NCBI GenBank assembly: GCA_033977065.1
Contig: JAXCHI010000004.1
Location: 416,001-480,000, forward strand
Length of the DNA stretch: 64,000 nucleotides
Reading direction: 5' to 3'
DNA from: Candidatus Algichlamydia australiensis
GTDB lineage: Bacteria; Chlamydiota; Chlamydiia; Chlamydiales; JAJFMI01
Part shown: positions 18,409 to 28,159 of the stretch, in pieces
Position numbering within the stretch: position 1 is the stretch's first letter
How the letters are laid out: each line of letters starts with the position of its first letter
Made by a program: the position numbers and the translations under genes
The notes under the pieces: model-generated
What the model was told of the DNA's origin: nothing
The model's database searches: none
What the model saw: the letters and a program-made list of their open reading frames with translations, nothing else

Positions 18409-19392
18409 TTGATTTTTAATAAAATGATTGAGCGAAAATACAAATTAAATCCTTTTCCCCTCTTTCGTGGTTGCCATGAACAGACAATTTTCGGTTCTAT
18501 GCTCAATTTTCACCCTGAACCGAAATCTCGCAGTCTCTATGTCCCTTTTGATGATGGAGATACGATGGTATTGAAAGTATCTACGCCCAAAGGGTGGAAG
18601 CGAGGAGGTCCAATTGTGATGATGGTGCACGGCTTAGCAGGCTCTGATCGCTCTGTCTATCTGATTCGCATGACCCGTAAGCTGATGGCAAGAGGGATTA
18701 AGACTGTTCGAGTGAATCTTCGCGGTTGTGGAAGCGGAAGGGGGCTCTCACGCTACATGTTTCCCCATTTTAGCGATAAAGATCTATGCCGTGCTGCCCA
18801 AGCTGTAAAAGCTAGTTCACCTGACTCTACTTTGCAGCTGGTTGGATTTTCTCTTGGGGGCAACTACGCCTTAAAAGCAGCAGGTAAAAGTTCGCGTAGA
18901 GGCGAAAAACTCTTTGATCAAGTGATCGCTGTAAGTCCCCCAGTCTATGTTGAAACGAGTTCCTCTCTTCTGGGTAGGCCAGAAAATCGCATTTATGAGC
19001 GCTACTTTACCAAACTTTTGCGTGATGAGGCTCTCAGACGCATTAAAAGCATGAAACTAACTGATGCCTCCTACATCCCTGAAAATTTGTCGATACGTCA
19101 ATTTGATGATTTTTTCACCGCGCCACACTTAGGACTTAGCTCTGCTGAGGAGTATTACGCTCGATCGAGCTCAAAGAAATATCTTTGTCACGTCAAAATG
19201 CCCGTTAAAATCCTTTACTCGCTAGATGACCCCATTATTGATGCATCAGCTCTTGATGACCTTACCCTTCCCGATCATGTTGAGATTCACAAGACAAACA
19301 AGGGGGGGCACATGGGATTCTTAGGCACACCTTTTTCGAATCGGGGGTTTCGTTGGATGGATTCGATGCTCCTTGACTGGCTCTCATTGTAA
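18409..19392 (+). CDS. YheT-like alpha/beta hydrolase
   Basis: HGLAGS, RGCG, GFSLGG, DDP, GGHMGF. Confidence 0.88.
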   Translation: MIFNKMIERKYKLNPFPLFRGCHEQTIFGSMLNFHPEPKSRSLYVPFDDGDTMVLKVSTPKGWKRGGPIVMMVHGLAGSDRSVYLIRMTRKLMARGIKTVRVNLRGCGSGRGLSRYMFPHFSDKDLCRAAQAVKASSPDSTLQLVGFSLGGNYALKAAGKSSRRGEKLFDQVIAVSPPVYVETSSSLLGRPENRIYERYFTKLLRDEALRRIKSMKLTDASYIPENLSIRQFDDFFTAPHLGLSSAEEYYARSSSKKYLCHVKMPVKILYSLDDPIIDASALDDLTLPDHVEIHKTNKGGHMGFLGTPFSNRGFRWMDSMLLDWLSL

Positions 19393-19440
19393 CAGATTAT
19401 CTTCTGATACAGAGTAATAGTCTCTGTTGAGGAATTTTCT

Positions 19441-20415
19441 TTAACTGGGATGAACCTCGGTAAAATGCAAAAGTGCTAGAGAGGTCAACCTTTGTCTTAC
19501 TGCGGGAATGATGTCATCTGTAAAACTCGTACCACTGCAACTTTCAAAGCAGAACAGCATTAGATTCTTCTTTGTTTGCTCCCAAAAAAGCTCTTTCATA
19601 CGTGCTTGCTCAGGAATCACACAGTCAATCTCATGGTAAAGAATCAATATTTTCACTCCACGTTCAGCCAATTTCTTCATTGGGGTAGCTGCATCTAAAC
19701 TCCCTTTAACCGAAGAATCAGCCCGATCTGCTACCCAGCCTAAGTTTGGCAAGTAAACAAGAGGCGTTATGGTAAAAGAGTCATGATTGACAACCGTAAT
19801 ATTGGCCCATTTATCCGGATGCTTTTCAAGATACTTTTGAGTAGCGCAAGCCGCCACTCCGCCACCTAAAGCAATCCCCCAATTGATTACCTCTTTAAAT
19901 CCAAGATCAAACGCATGAGAAAGAGCTCCCACTCCATCAACAACAATAGACTGATAAGTAGCACTTGTTTTCAAGCTCGTAGAGTCATCCCTGGCCGAAA
20001 CATCATAATTAAGCCCTGACCCAGCATAGTCGTAGAGAAGAACCGGGCACTCAGCAACCTCTGCTACTCGAGCTGCCGTCCAGTGCCCATTGTCATTAAA
20101 TTGTTGTGCAATCGTAAAATCGCATCTGGTGTTGAAAACAACGCATTTTGACTTATTCAATCGATCCCAGCTATCTGGGTAGAGAAGATAACCAGTCAAA
20201 TCACGGGAATTACTAATCTTAATTTTGCATTCTTCAAGCTGACTTCTCCAGTCCTCCTGAACTCGACTCATCAGCAGGCAACTTTCTTTAGCGCTCGATT
20301 CTAATTTGATAGCCTCAGAAGGAGTTAGCATCTCCCAGCTACCAGTAGGGGTAACACCAAGAGAATACCACGTATTTCTCAAAAAATCTCCTATTCCAGT
20401 AGTAGCACTAGCCAT
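19441..20415 (-). CDS. Alpha/beta-fold protein with Ala at the nucleophile position
   Basis: YDYAGSG, WGIALGGG, HDSF; start MASATTG chosen. Confidence 0.6.
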   Translation of the reverse strand: MASATTGIGDFLRNTWYSLGVTPTGSWEMLTPSEAIKLESSAKESCLLMSRVQEDWRSQLEECKIKISNSRDLTGYLLYPDSWDRLNKSKCVVFNTRCDFTIAQQFNDNGHWTAARVAEVAECPVLLYDYAGSGLNYDVSARDDSTSLKTSATYQSIVVDGVGALSHAFDLGFKEVINWGIALGGGVAACATQKYLEKHPDKWANITVVNHDSFTITPLVYLPNLGWVADRADSSVKGSLDAATPMKKLAERGVKILILYHEIDCVIPEQARMKELFWEQTKKNLMLFCFESCSGTSFTDDIIPAVRQRLTSLALLHFTEVHPS

Positions 20416-20584
20416 ATCGCACTCCGATTCAATGTTTAGAATATTAATCAACCAAAAGAAAAAAGACAATTGAAAAGCCCAATTTGGAAAGTCATTCTCG
20501 AGTAAGTTTAATAACCCGAAAAACACTTGCAGTTCCCCTCAAAATGATTGATCGATTACGGGGCTTTTTAATTTAGAATACTAG

Positions 20585-20606
20585 ATAGTGTCGTCAAAAG
20601 GCTATA
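20585..20606 (+). mobile_element. Solo end of a family C element
   Basis: CTAG followed by ATAGTGTCGTCAAAAGGCTATA, matching the C end; contains the stop codon of the next ORF. Confidence 0.75.
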
Positions 20607-21600
20607 GAAATAGTTTTTTTACAATTGGATAGCAGAGGCGCGAAGTGCTGCGATGAATAATTGTATAATGATCGCGAAAATAGCAGCGATTCTCTTTGCG
20701 ATTATGGACCCCTGCTTTCTGCATGTGCGGTTTTGCAAAGAGCAAATTGGTGTGAGCTGTGATAGGTGGAGGGAGTTTGCGCTCTTTTAAGATAGTTGTA
20801 GGTCCAAAAAGACGACCAAATTTTGAGACGAGATCCCCTAGACAAGCAAATGATTGTGAGGCGGGAGGGCTCTGCATTTGCTCATATTTGTGAAGTAGAT
20901 CAGAAGAGACCCCAGGTGAGTGAAAGAGATACGAGGGACTAGTTTTACTAAAATATTCTGCGTCAAGGATAAGGGCGAAACTTGCGAGGGCTCCACCTAA
21001 GCTATATCCCATTGTCCGAGCGGGCTTTTTCTGCTTTTTAAGCCAATTTGTGATCTCTTCGCGCGCTCCGTTGTAAAGATCGTGACCAGGACCTTTCGGA
21101 TCAAGATCAGCAACAATTGAAGCGCGACCGCTACGGATAAAAGGGGAAAATTGTGTTCCACGAAAGAGGAGAATAGGAGCTTCAGTTTCGCTTAAAAGCC
21201 CAAAGGCTGGAATATGTTGCCAGAGATCAAAGACTCGATCTATACGGTATTGGTGCATCTCTTTTTGAAATGGAACTTCAATCTCTACCCCTTCGTTCAA
21301 GTTGCGGTAAGCAAAAACTTTAGTTAGAATTTCAGCTACAGCGTGGTCGGGGGCATCCTTCATTTTGTGCAAAAGCGACTGAATAGGAGTAATATCGCTT
21401 TTTGACTTTGTTACTTTCCCAATTAACGGCTGTTTTGTAGAGAAGTAGTGGTATTTTTTTGCAAAATCAACAAGATCTTGGGAAGGTTCTGCGATCGGAA
21501 TAAATTTCTCTTTTGGCTCTAGAAAAAAACCTTTTGGTGGCAAAAACAGAGCAAGAAAGTGCTCCCAGAATCGGATAAATACATTGCCAATATAACTCAT
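20602..21600 (-). CDS. Lipase class 3-like protein
   Basis: LLFRGT, GYSLGG, GDLVS, AH. Confidence 0.75.
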   Translation of the reverse strand: MSYIGNVFIRFWEHFLALFLPPKGFFLEPKEKFIPIAEPSQDLVDFAKKYHYFSTKQPLIGKVTKSKSDITPIQSLLHKMKDAPDHAVAEILTKVFAYRNLNEGVEIEVPFQKEMHQYRIDRVFDLWQHIPAFGLLSETEAPILLFRGTQFSPFIRSGRASIVADLDPKGPGHDLYNGAREEITNWLKKQKKPARTMGYSLGGALASFALILDAEYFSKTSPSYLFHSPGVSSDLLHKYEQMQSPPASQSFACLGDLVSKFGRLFGPTTILKERKLPPPITAHTNLLFAKPHMQKAGVHNRKENRCYFRDHYTIIHRSTSRLCYPIVKKLFL

Positions 21601-22568
21601 TAGAATACCAAATTTGTAGAGAGTACGTATGAAATAAATTCCATACTATTTTTTGTTGCTCCTGTGAACCAAACTCCTCCAATTACTCCAAACCAATCAT
21701 TAAAATTGTACTCTAAGGCTGGGGCATAGCTCCACTGTACGGATTTTCCACTTCCTAAGCTAGCTGGAATTCCAACCCGGTTGATTTTACCATTTCCATG
21801 CGCTGCTGTTCTTCCCACAATATCGATCCCCCTTCTACCAGAAAAGGTTGTTTTACTAGCATAAATGGCTTGAATATCAAGAGCCCAGACCCAATTTCGC
21901 GTCATTGAGTACTCAAAAGCTAAAATTCCTGAAAAAGTGTTTCCAGGGTGTACTTTTCCATCGGTTCCAAAACCACCGCCGTATGTATTGAAATCATGGA
22001 CAGTAACAGGGGAAGGGATTGTGTAGCGCAAAAAGAGCCTTGGCCTTAGCCACTGAACACCTTTGATATGAAAAAGTTTTTGAAAATTAAAGCTTACGGC
22101 TGTTTCAAAGGAGCCAGATCCTGTAGCGTCAGCCCCCAATTTATTGGGGTTGAGCCTTTCAAATTGTCCGGTTGGAAAAGTCTCTCCTAATGTAATTCGC
22201 AGATCTGGTTCCCACCCATCTAAATTATCTTCCATGGCCTGAAAACCTAAAATTACAGAAAAATCAGAAAGACCAGATCCTATCTGATCTTCTTTGAAGG
22301 TAAAAAAAGCCTGTGTTTCAAATTTTAGATCGATGTGTGAAGTGATGCCGCGAGTGATTTGAACAAACGGATCAATAACCCAAGACTCTTCTGGGCTGTA
22401 ATTATTGGTAACAAATAAATAGGGTTGGTAGTTGGTTTTCCCCGGAGCAACTGTGTGTCCAGCTGGAGCTAAAATGGGGCCAGTAAACCACGGCCTTTCA
22501 AATTCCTGACAGAATAGCCCTGTAGAAAATATTAGAAAAAAAAGAATACCCTTCACAAACAAAATCAT
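21600..22568 (-). CDS. Putative outer-membrane beta-barrel protein
   Basis: Signal peptide, alternating strands, FPTG motif, C-terminal Phe. Confidence 0.65.
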   Translation of the reverse strand: MILFVKGILFFLIFSTGLFCQEFERPWFTGPILAPAGHTVAPGKTNYQPYLFVTNNYSPEESWVIDPFVQITRGITSHIDLKFETQAFFTFKEDQIGSGLSDFSVILGFQAMEDNLDGWEPDLRITLGETFPTGQFERLNPNKLGADATGSGSFETAVSFNFQKLFHIKGVQWLRPRLFLRYTIPSPVTVHDFNTYGGGFGTDGKVHPGNTFSGILAFEYSMTRNWVWALDIQAIYASKTTFSGRRGIDIVGRTAAHGNGKINRVGIPASLGSGKSVQWSYAPALEYNFNDWFGVIGGVWFTGATKNSMEFISYVLSTNLVF

Positions 22569-22595
22569 AAGAAAAAAAACTCTAAAGTCAATATA

Positions 22596-22985
22596 ATGGT
22601 GCTTATGAAGATTACAGAAGAAGTAGAGAGTCAAGTTAGTCCTCAAAAAGTATGGAGTACATGGCGTGCAAGTAATTATTGGGATCTTGATAAGTCTTCC
22701 TTTACACAAGGACAAAAAGGTCGTGTAGTGAGTGGGAAAAAGCGCGGGCCTGCTTTTGTAGTCTCTGCAATTGAAGAGGGAGAGTCATTTACTCTTTCCT
22801 GGAAAGCTCCGATGGTTAAATTTGATATGCGTCACGAGGTTTTTCCTACTGCGACTGGTTCAAAACTTGTCTATACTATGACACTACGCGGATTGATGGC
22901 TTATCCTATGCGTTTTTTACTCGGAAGGAAGATCAAACGAACTCTTCGAGAAACGCTCCAAGCATTTGTAAAACATGTGGAATAA
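22596..22985 (+). CDS. SRPBCC/START-like protein
   Basis: SPQKVW..W and helix-grip pattern. Confidence 0.6.
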   Translation: MVLMKITEEVESQVSPQKVWSTWRASNYWDLDKSSFTQGQKGRVVSGKKRGPAFVVSAIEEGESFTLSWKAPMVKFDMRHEVFPTATGSKLVYTMTLRGLMAYPMRFLLGRKIKRTLRETLQAFVKHVE

Positions 22986-23013
22986 ATCCTAATACTAATC
23001 TAAAATCACTAGT

Positions 23014-23865
23014 ATGAGCAGATATTTAGATCCAACAAATGATGTAGCGTTTAAAAAACTCTTTGGAGCAAAGGAACATGAACCTCTCCTAATTAGCTTT
23101 TTAAATGCAATCCTCGATTTAAAAGAAAAACGCTCAATTAAGCAAATTGAGCTTCTTCCTCAAGAACAAGCGCCTCAAGTAATGGGGGGGAAGACAAGCA
23201 TACTCGACGTTAAGTGTACAGATCAGAGGGGAGTGCAATATGTTGTTGAAATGCAAAATAAAAAAATCCCTGCCTTCATCAAGCGCAGCCAGTATTATGC
23301 TGCGCATACATATGTTTCACAACCACTTAAAGGTGTTAGTCATCTAGAACTTAAGCCCGTGATTTTACTGGCAATCGCAAATCATAATTTGTTTCCAAAT
23401 AAAGATTCCGTAGTGAGTTATCATAAAACTTTGGACATGAAAACTTATGAGAATGATCTAGAGGATATTTCTTATGTTTTTGTGGAGCTTCCAAAGTTCA
23501 AAAGAGAAGAGGGAGAACTCAAAACGGTTCAGGATAAATGGATCTATTTTTTCAAAAATTGGAGTGCAACCAATCACGTTCCTTCTGATGTACAAGAGTC
23601 TGAGATTTTAGAGGCATATAACGCAATGGAGCAGTTCAATTGGACTGCACTTGAAAAAGAGGCCTATTTAAAAGCTAATATAGCGCTAACAGAAGAGTTT
23701 GCTGTGAAGAAAGAGCAGTACGAAAAAGGGCTCAAAGAAGGACGTGAAAAGGGACGCCGGGAAGCGAAGCTGAACATGGCAAAAGACATGCTGACACTTG
23801 GCCTTCTTAAAGAGCAAATTCAAAAAATTACGAATTTGACAAGTGAAGATCTTGCTGATCTATGA
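23014..23865 (+). CDS. Rpn-family / PD-(D/E)XK nuclease, copy 2
   Basis: Close paralog of 3180-4058 with the same motifs. Confidence 0.9.
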   Translation: MSRYLDPTNDVAFKKLFGAKEHEPLLISFLNAILDLKEKRSIKQIELLPQEQAPQVMGGKTSILDVKCTDQRGVQYVVEMQNKKIPAFIKRSQYYAAHTYVSQPLKGVSHLELKPVILLAIANHNLFPNKDSVVSYHKTLDMKTYENDLEDISYVFVELPKFKREEGELKTVQDKWIYFFKNWSATNHVPSDVQESEILEAYNAMEQFNWTALEKEAYLKANIALTEEFAVKKEQYEKGLKEGREKGRREAKLNMAKDMLTLGLLKEQIQKITNLTSEDLADL

Positions 23866-24575
23866 AACTCTTTTTTTGTCTGCTTCTTTTCTCTGCAGGG
23901 CTACTTGCAAACGATATTGTTGTTACTGTTCATGGGTATGCGCGTACTCATAAATCGATGCACAAAATGGGTCGTGCTCTTCAAAAAAATGGTTACAATT
24001 TATACCATTTTGATTACCTCTCACGGAGCCAATCAATAGAGGAGAGTACAGAAGATTTCGTTACATTCTTGAGAGAGATATCAAAACAGCATCCCGATTC
24101 GCAAATCAACTTTGTTACCCATTCACTTGGAGGGATTCTTCTACGAGCTGCTGTAAACGATCCGAACTGTCCCAAAATAGCAAAGCAAGGCAGTGCCATT
24201 CTACTAGGGCCTCCAAACAGGGGAAGCCGGCTTGCGAAACGTATAGCATTGATTTTAAAATTAATGGGAAGGGGAGCAGGGAATGATCTCGCTAAAAATC
24301 GTGATTTTTCCTACTTAGGTGACTTTCCTGAGTCGATGAAAGTGACTATTATAGCGGGAACTTTTGGTTGCAATCCCTTGATTCCATTTCCAAATGATGG
24401 CAAAGTAGCTCTTAGTGAAACGCTTTTAGATACACCACATAAATTTTTTGAAGTAAGCGCTTGTCATAGCATGATGATGAGCAATTCTAAAGTGATTACG
24501 ACTATATTGGAGGAATTAAATGCGCAAAATTATTCTAGGAACACTGCTATTCTGGGGAACCCTTCAAGCGGGTGA
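23862..24575 (+). CDS. Secreted alpha/beta hydrolase (lipase-like)
   Basis: Signal peptide, VHG, THSLGG, NDGKV. Confidence 0.8.
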   Translation: MKLFFCLLLFSAGLLANDIVVTVHGYARTHKSMHKMGRALQKNGYNLYHFDYLSRSQSIEESTEDFVTFLREISKQHPDSQINFVTHSLGGILLRAAVNDPNCPKIAKQGSAILLGPPNRGSRLAKRIALILKLMGRGAGNDLAKNRDFSYLGDFPESMKVTIIAGTFGCNPLIPFPNDGKVALSETLLDTPHKFFEVSACHSMMMSNSKVITTILEELNAQNYSRNTAILGNPSSG

Positions 24576-24930
24576 ATACTGGGGCTACCACCTTATTTTA
24601 GATTGCAAAGCTTGTGATATTGAAGCGATCACAGATCGTGAAACAATCACTTCTTTTGTAAAGACACTTGTCGAAGAGATTGATATGAAAGCGTATGGTG
24701 AGCCGCAACTAGAGCATTTTGCGACTCACGATCCTGACGCTGCTGGCTACTCTCTTGTCCAACTTATTGAAACAAGTGCCATTACCGGGCACTTTGTTGA
24801 TAAAAACGGGGATGCGTATATTGATATTTTTTCTTGCAAGCCCTTTGATCAAGCCCATGCAAAAAAAATTGTGGAGCGATTCCTCACCCCACAAAATATC
24901 AAGTCGCAGTTTTTAAAACGTCAGGCCTAA
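24520..24930 (+). CDS. AdoMetDC (SpeD)-like pyruvoyl decarboxylase with a putative signal peptide
   Basis: WGYHLILDC, QLIETSAI..HF, YIDIFSCKPFD; RBS GGAGG; N-terminus MRKIILGTLLFWGTLQA. Confidence 0.8.
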   Translation: MRKIILGTLLFWGTLQAGEYWGYHLILDCKACDIEAITDRETITSFVKTLVEEIDMKAYGEPQLEHFATHDPDAAGYSLVQLIETSAITGHFVDKNGDAYIDIFSCKPFDQAHAKKIVERFLTPQNIKSQFLKRQA

Positions 24931-26340
24931 CTCATCTAGACGATCCAAAATTCCCGAATCTTTGGCGTATTGAACCATCTCTTCGCTAGCAATTCCTAGG
25001 TTCATCATGCGTACAGAAAAGAGCTCTTGCTCTATAGCATTAGGATAGCGTTGAATTCCGCCTGTCTTCTCAATCGCTAAAGGAAGAGGGGATACAGAAC
25101 ACTCTGGGCGCGGATGTACAAAATAGACAATGGAGTAGCGGTCTTTATTTTCCCCTTTTTCAACAACGCGGTGCACAGCGCTTCTGTAATGACCATTGGT
25201 CAAATTTTGCAGCATGTCCCCACAATTTACAATATAAGAGCCGCTTGGAACGATTACATCAATCCATTTACCGTTCTTCTCTTGAACTTGTAAACCCGCA
25301 CCTTTTGAGCTGGGTAAAATCGTAAAAAGATCGATATCAGTGTGCTCTCCTGCCCAAATTCCTCCTTCGGGAGTCCCTTTTGGGTAGTAATTAAGCCTTA
25401 AGATTATATTCGCATCTTGAATTTTTTCTAGAAGGAGATCGGGAGAGATCTCCAAAGATTCAGAAATCATGGTTGTAATCAGTTTTGCCTGGTGACCTAA
25501 ATTATCGTAGAGGGGATCAAAGCGCTCTTTGAATGAAGGGTCTAGAGGCCAAATGTTTTCGATTTCAAACTTATCTGGACCGATATGGTAAAACTCCTTA
25601 AAATCTTTCTCTTTACGTCTTCTAGTACTCTGTAACAGAAAATTTTAGTATTATTTTTACGTCAAAGCCTTCGCATAAAAATGGATCCCAAACGTGAAAA
25701 GTAAAGCGATTGTATGTGATTGAAAAAGCTGTCTAGACCTTGCAAAGTTTTCTGCAAAACAAAAAAAACAGCCGCGCAAGCGACGTGAAAGGGGCCCCTC
25801 CCGAAACAAAGTGGAGGGTGGGGAATGAACGCGCGATGCGCTCGATGGCTTCAGATTGGCTTTGAAAAATTGCGGTGCAGGAGGAAGAAGTAGTGCTTTG
25901 CACGGTTTTCCGACGAAACGCAATTTGGCATGCCAAGGTGAAGCTCAAAGGGCAGCGGGGATTTGCCCGACTGTCTCTATTGGCTGTTTTTTTAAATTAA
26001 ACACTAAGATTTTCTGTTACAGAGTACTAGCTGTTTCACTTGGAACAAACCCTCGACGACCACTTAACTGGGGATCGTAAAGCGATAACTTTTCTGCCAT
26101 GGGAAGAGAAAAAAGGTCAAAGCTTGCGCGATATCCTTTATCCAAAATTTCCTTTTCTATATCTGTGTTGATAAGAGCAAAAAAACCAATCTCATGAAAA
26201 GCTTCCGATAGCTGTTCTAAAAAGAGTTCGCGATTTTCATAGTAGTCGTTCATATCGAGCACAGGTATTGTGCTCTCAAATGCAAATATACTTGTTGCTA
26301 AACCAAATATTACCAATATTTTTCTCATTCTCTCCTCCAT
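24913..26340 (-). pseudogene. Isopenicillin N synthase-like 2OG-Fe(II) oxygenase interrupted by MITE A
   Basis: Removing 405 bp joins ...PSETA to RRRKEKDFKEFYHIG... in frame with HTD, NCGDML, H..V and RYS motifs. Confidence 0.93.
25626..26026 (+). mobile_element. Family A MITE, 401 bp (A1)
   Basis: 24-bp TIR TACTCTGTAACAGAAAATyTTAGT; CTAG on both flanks (25622-25625, 26027-26030). Confidence 0.95.
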
Positions 26341-26400
26341 TTAGAGTTTTTGAGAGTATAGTGAATTGCACGAATATAGATAAATACGTAATTTAAATTT

Positions 26401-27309
26401 ATGCAGTGGTTATTTGGGAGAGTTTTAATGAGTACGATGGCAATTACTATGCCAATACAAGTGGAAAATGCCCTAAAAGAGATAGATCCAGGTTCTTTGC
26501 ATGCAACTTTAATTCATAGAGAGAAATATGAGGAGAGTGACAGCGTCGGCCCCAGAGATTTTGAAGATATAGTATTAAACACAACAGCAGGAAAAGCGCG
26601 CATCACGATTAGCTATCCGAAGCAAATTCCAGAGGGAGGGCTTCCCTGTATTTTTGTCATCGGGGGGTTAGAAACAGGACGCAAAAGTCTTAACCTAGTT
26701 CCCGATCACGGTTCCTATATTTTGATCTCTTACGAGTATCCCTCTGTGATTAAAAAAATCAAAAAACCTTATGGAATTTTCTATTTACCGCGCATTCGTC
26801 GAGCTGTTTTAGATGTAGCAGGACAAGTAAACAACTCTTTAAAGTGGTTACAAACACAAAATTTTTGTAAAAATCAACCTCCAGCCATGATTGGCGTGAG
26901 CTTTGGCAGTGTCTTTCTTCCTTCAATCATGCATTTAGGTGAGCAGTATGCTATGCAATATGGTCCTGCCGTATTTGGTTACGGAGGAGCTGGGATCAAG
27001 TGCCTCTTTTATGCAAACCTTCCCGGTCCTAACTTTTGGAAAGAGGGGATCTCGCGTTTTTTAGCTCGTATTTTTCACCCCATTGAACCCGCGCTCCATC
27101 TGCCCTACATTAATGGAAGTTTTCTCCTTGTTAATGGAACAGAAGATAAACAGATACCGGAACCTTGCGTGAAAAAGCTTCAGGAGCTTTGTCCCGATCC
27201 GAAAAAAATTATTGAGCTTAAACGCGGACACCTCCAACCAGACAACCCTGTTCTTATCGGAGAGCTTGTGGATATCAGCCGACAGTGGCTAGAAAACCAG
27301 GGAGTATAA
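26401..27309 (+). CDS. Alpha/beta hydrolase
   Basis: GVSFG, NGTEDKQIP, GH. Confidence 0.75.
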   Translation: MQWLFGRVLMSTMAITMPIQVENALKEIDPGSLHATLIHREKYEESDSVGPRDFEDIVLNTTAGKARITISYPKQIPEGGLPCIFVIGGLETGRKSLNLVPDHGSYILISYEYPSVIKKIKKPYGIFYLPRIRRAVLDVAGQVNNSLKWLQTQNFCKNQPPAMIGVSFGSVFLPSIMHLGEQYAMQYGPAVFGYGGAGIKCLFYANLPGPNFWKEGISRFLARIFHPIEPALHLPYINGSFLLVNGTEDKQIPEPCVKKLQELCPDPKKIIELKRGHLQPDNPVLIGELVDISRQWLENQGV

Positions 27310-27310
27310 A

Positions 27311-27781
27311 ATGGATATTTATCTAATGCGGCACGGTGCACAAATGGCTAAAGAGCTCGATCCCAGTGAACCTCTATCCGAGCAAGGCAAAAAACAGATT
27401 GCTTTTACGGCAAGCGTATTAAAAAAAGAGGGAATTCTCCTTGATGGCCTTGCTGCAAGCCCCAAAATGCGTGCTAAACAGAGTGCTGAAATTCTTGCGA
27501 ACACAGTCGACTACTCAATCGATCAAATTATTGAAGATGCAAGACTTAAACCATTAACGCCAGTAGAAGAAGCTCTTGAATTGCTTGCAACCCTTGGCAA
27601 TCGCATCCTTATTGTCGGACACCTACCTTTATTGCAAAACATCGCCTCATTTCTTTTGACGACAGGAGCAATGATCAATTTAAACTTTCAATGTGGCAGT
27701 TGCGCAAAAATTTCGATTGATCACATCAATAACCGCAATGGCAGCTTAATCTATCTCTTCTCAAGTGATGTTTTCAACTAA
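27311..27781 (+). CDS. sixA: Phosphohistidine phosphatase
   Basis: LMRHG, SPKMRAKQSA, VGHLP. Confidence 0.85.
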   Translation: MDIYLMRHGAQMAKELDPSEPLSEQGKKQIAFTASVLKKEGILLDGLAASPKMRAKQSAEILANTVDYSIDQIIEDARLKPLTPVEEALELLATLGNRILIVGHLPLLQNIASFLLTTGAMINLNFQCGSCAKISIDHINNRNGSLIYLFSSDVFN

Positions 27782-28159
27782 TTGAAAAACATTCTTATCA
27801 TCATCAAGAAATGTTGCCATTTTGACCTGTCCGGGCACTTCCATTGTCTCTCCAACGAAGTTCACACCCTTCTTTTCTAGATTATTGCGCACTTCATCAA
27901 GATTATTTACAGAAAGAGAGATGATCGCATTTTGTCCTGGTTTTGTAGGAGCGCCTGACGGATCTTGATCGTTAAGACCTTCTTGTTTTGGGTTGGCGAC
28001 TCCAATGCGAGAGCCACCCTCAATACCCTCAAGCTCCATCCATCCCCATTCTGGTTGTTCATCGACAACCTTCATACCAAGCAACTCAACAAAGAGTTTT
28101 TTGGTCTTCTGCATATTAGATACATTGATCCATGCAAGCTCAGATTTTTTTACTACCAT
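27761..28159 (-). CDS. VOC/glyoxalase family protein
   Basis: VSN..TKKLF..LLG; LSVNNLD; FLDDDKNVFQL. Confidence 0.8.
   Translation of the reverse strand: MVVKKSELAWINVSNMQKTKKLFVELLGMKVVDEQPEWGWMELEGIEGGSRIGVANPKQEGLNDQDPSGAPTKPGQNAIISLSVNNLDEVRNNLEKKGVNFVGETMEVPGQVKMATFLDDDKNVFQLVENIT

Noticed and set aside
20491..20584. Possible sixth element family next to the solo C end
   Set aside because: Inverted-repeat match is too weak and no second copy was seen.
25622..26030. In-frame (405 bp) coding insertion like Rickettsia palindromic elements, or a self-splicing intron
   Set aside because: TAA occurs within the first codons in the host frame; TIRs with target duplication and no group I/II hallmarks.
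25657..26080. Short ORFs inside MITEs (also 2987-3247, 37588-37934, 52213-52401)
   Set aside because: They lie within repeat copies, vary in length between copies and show no transposase or other motif.
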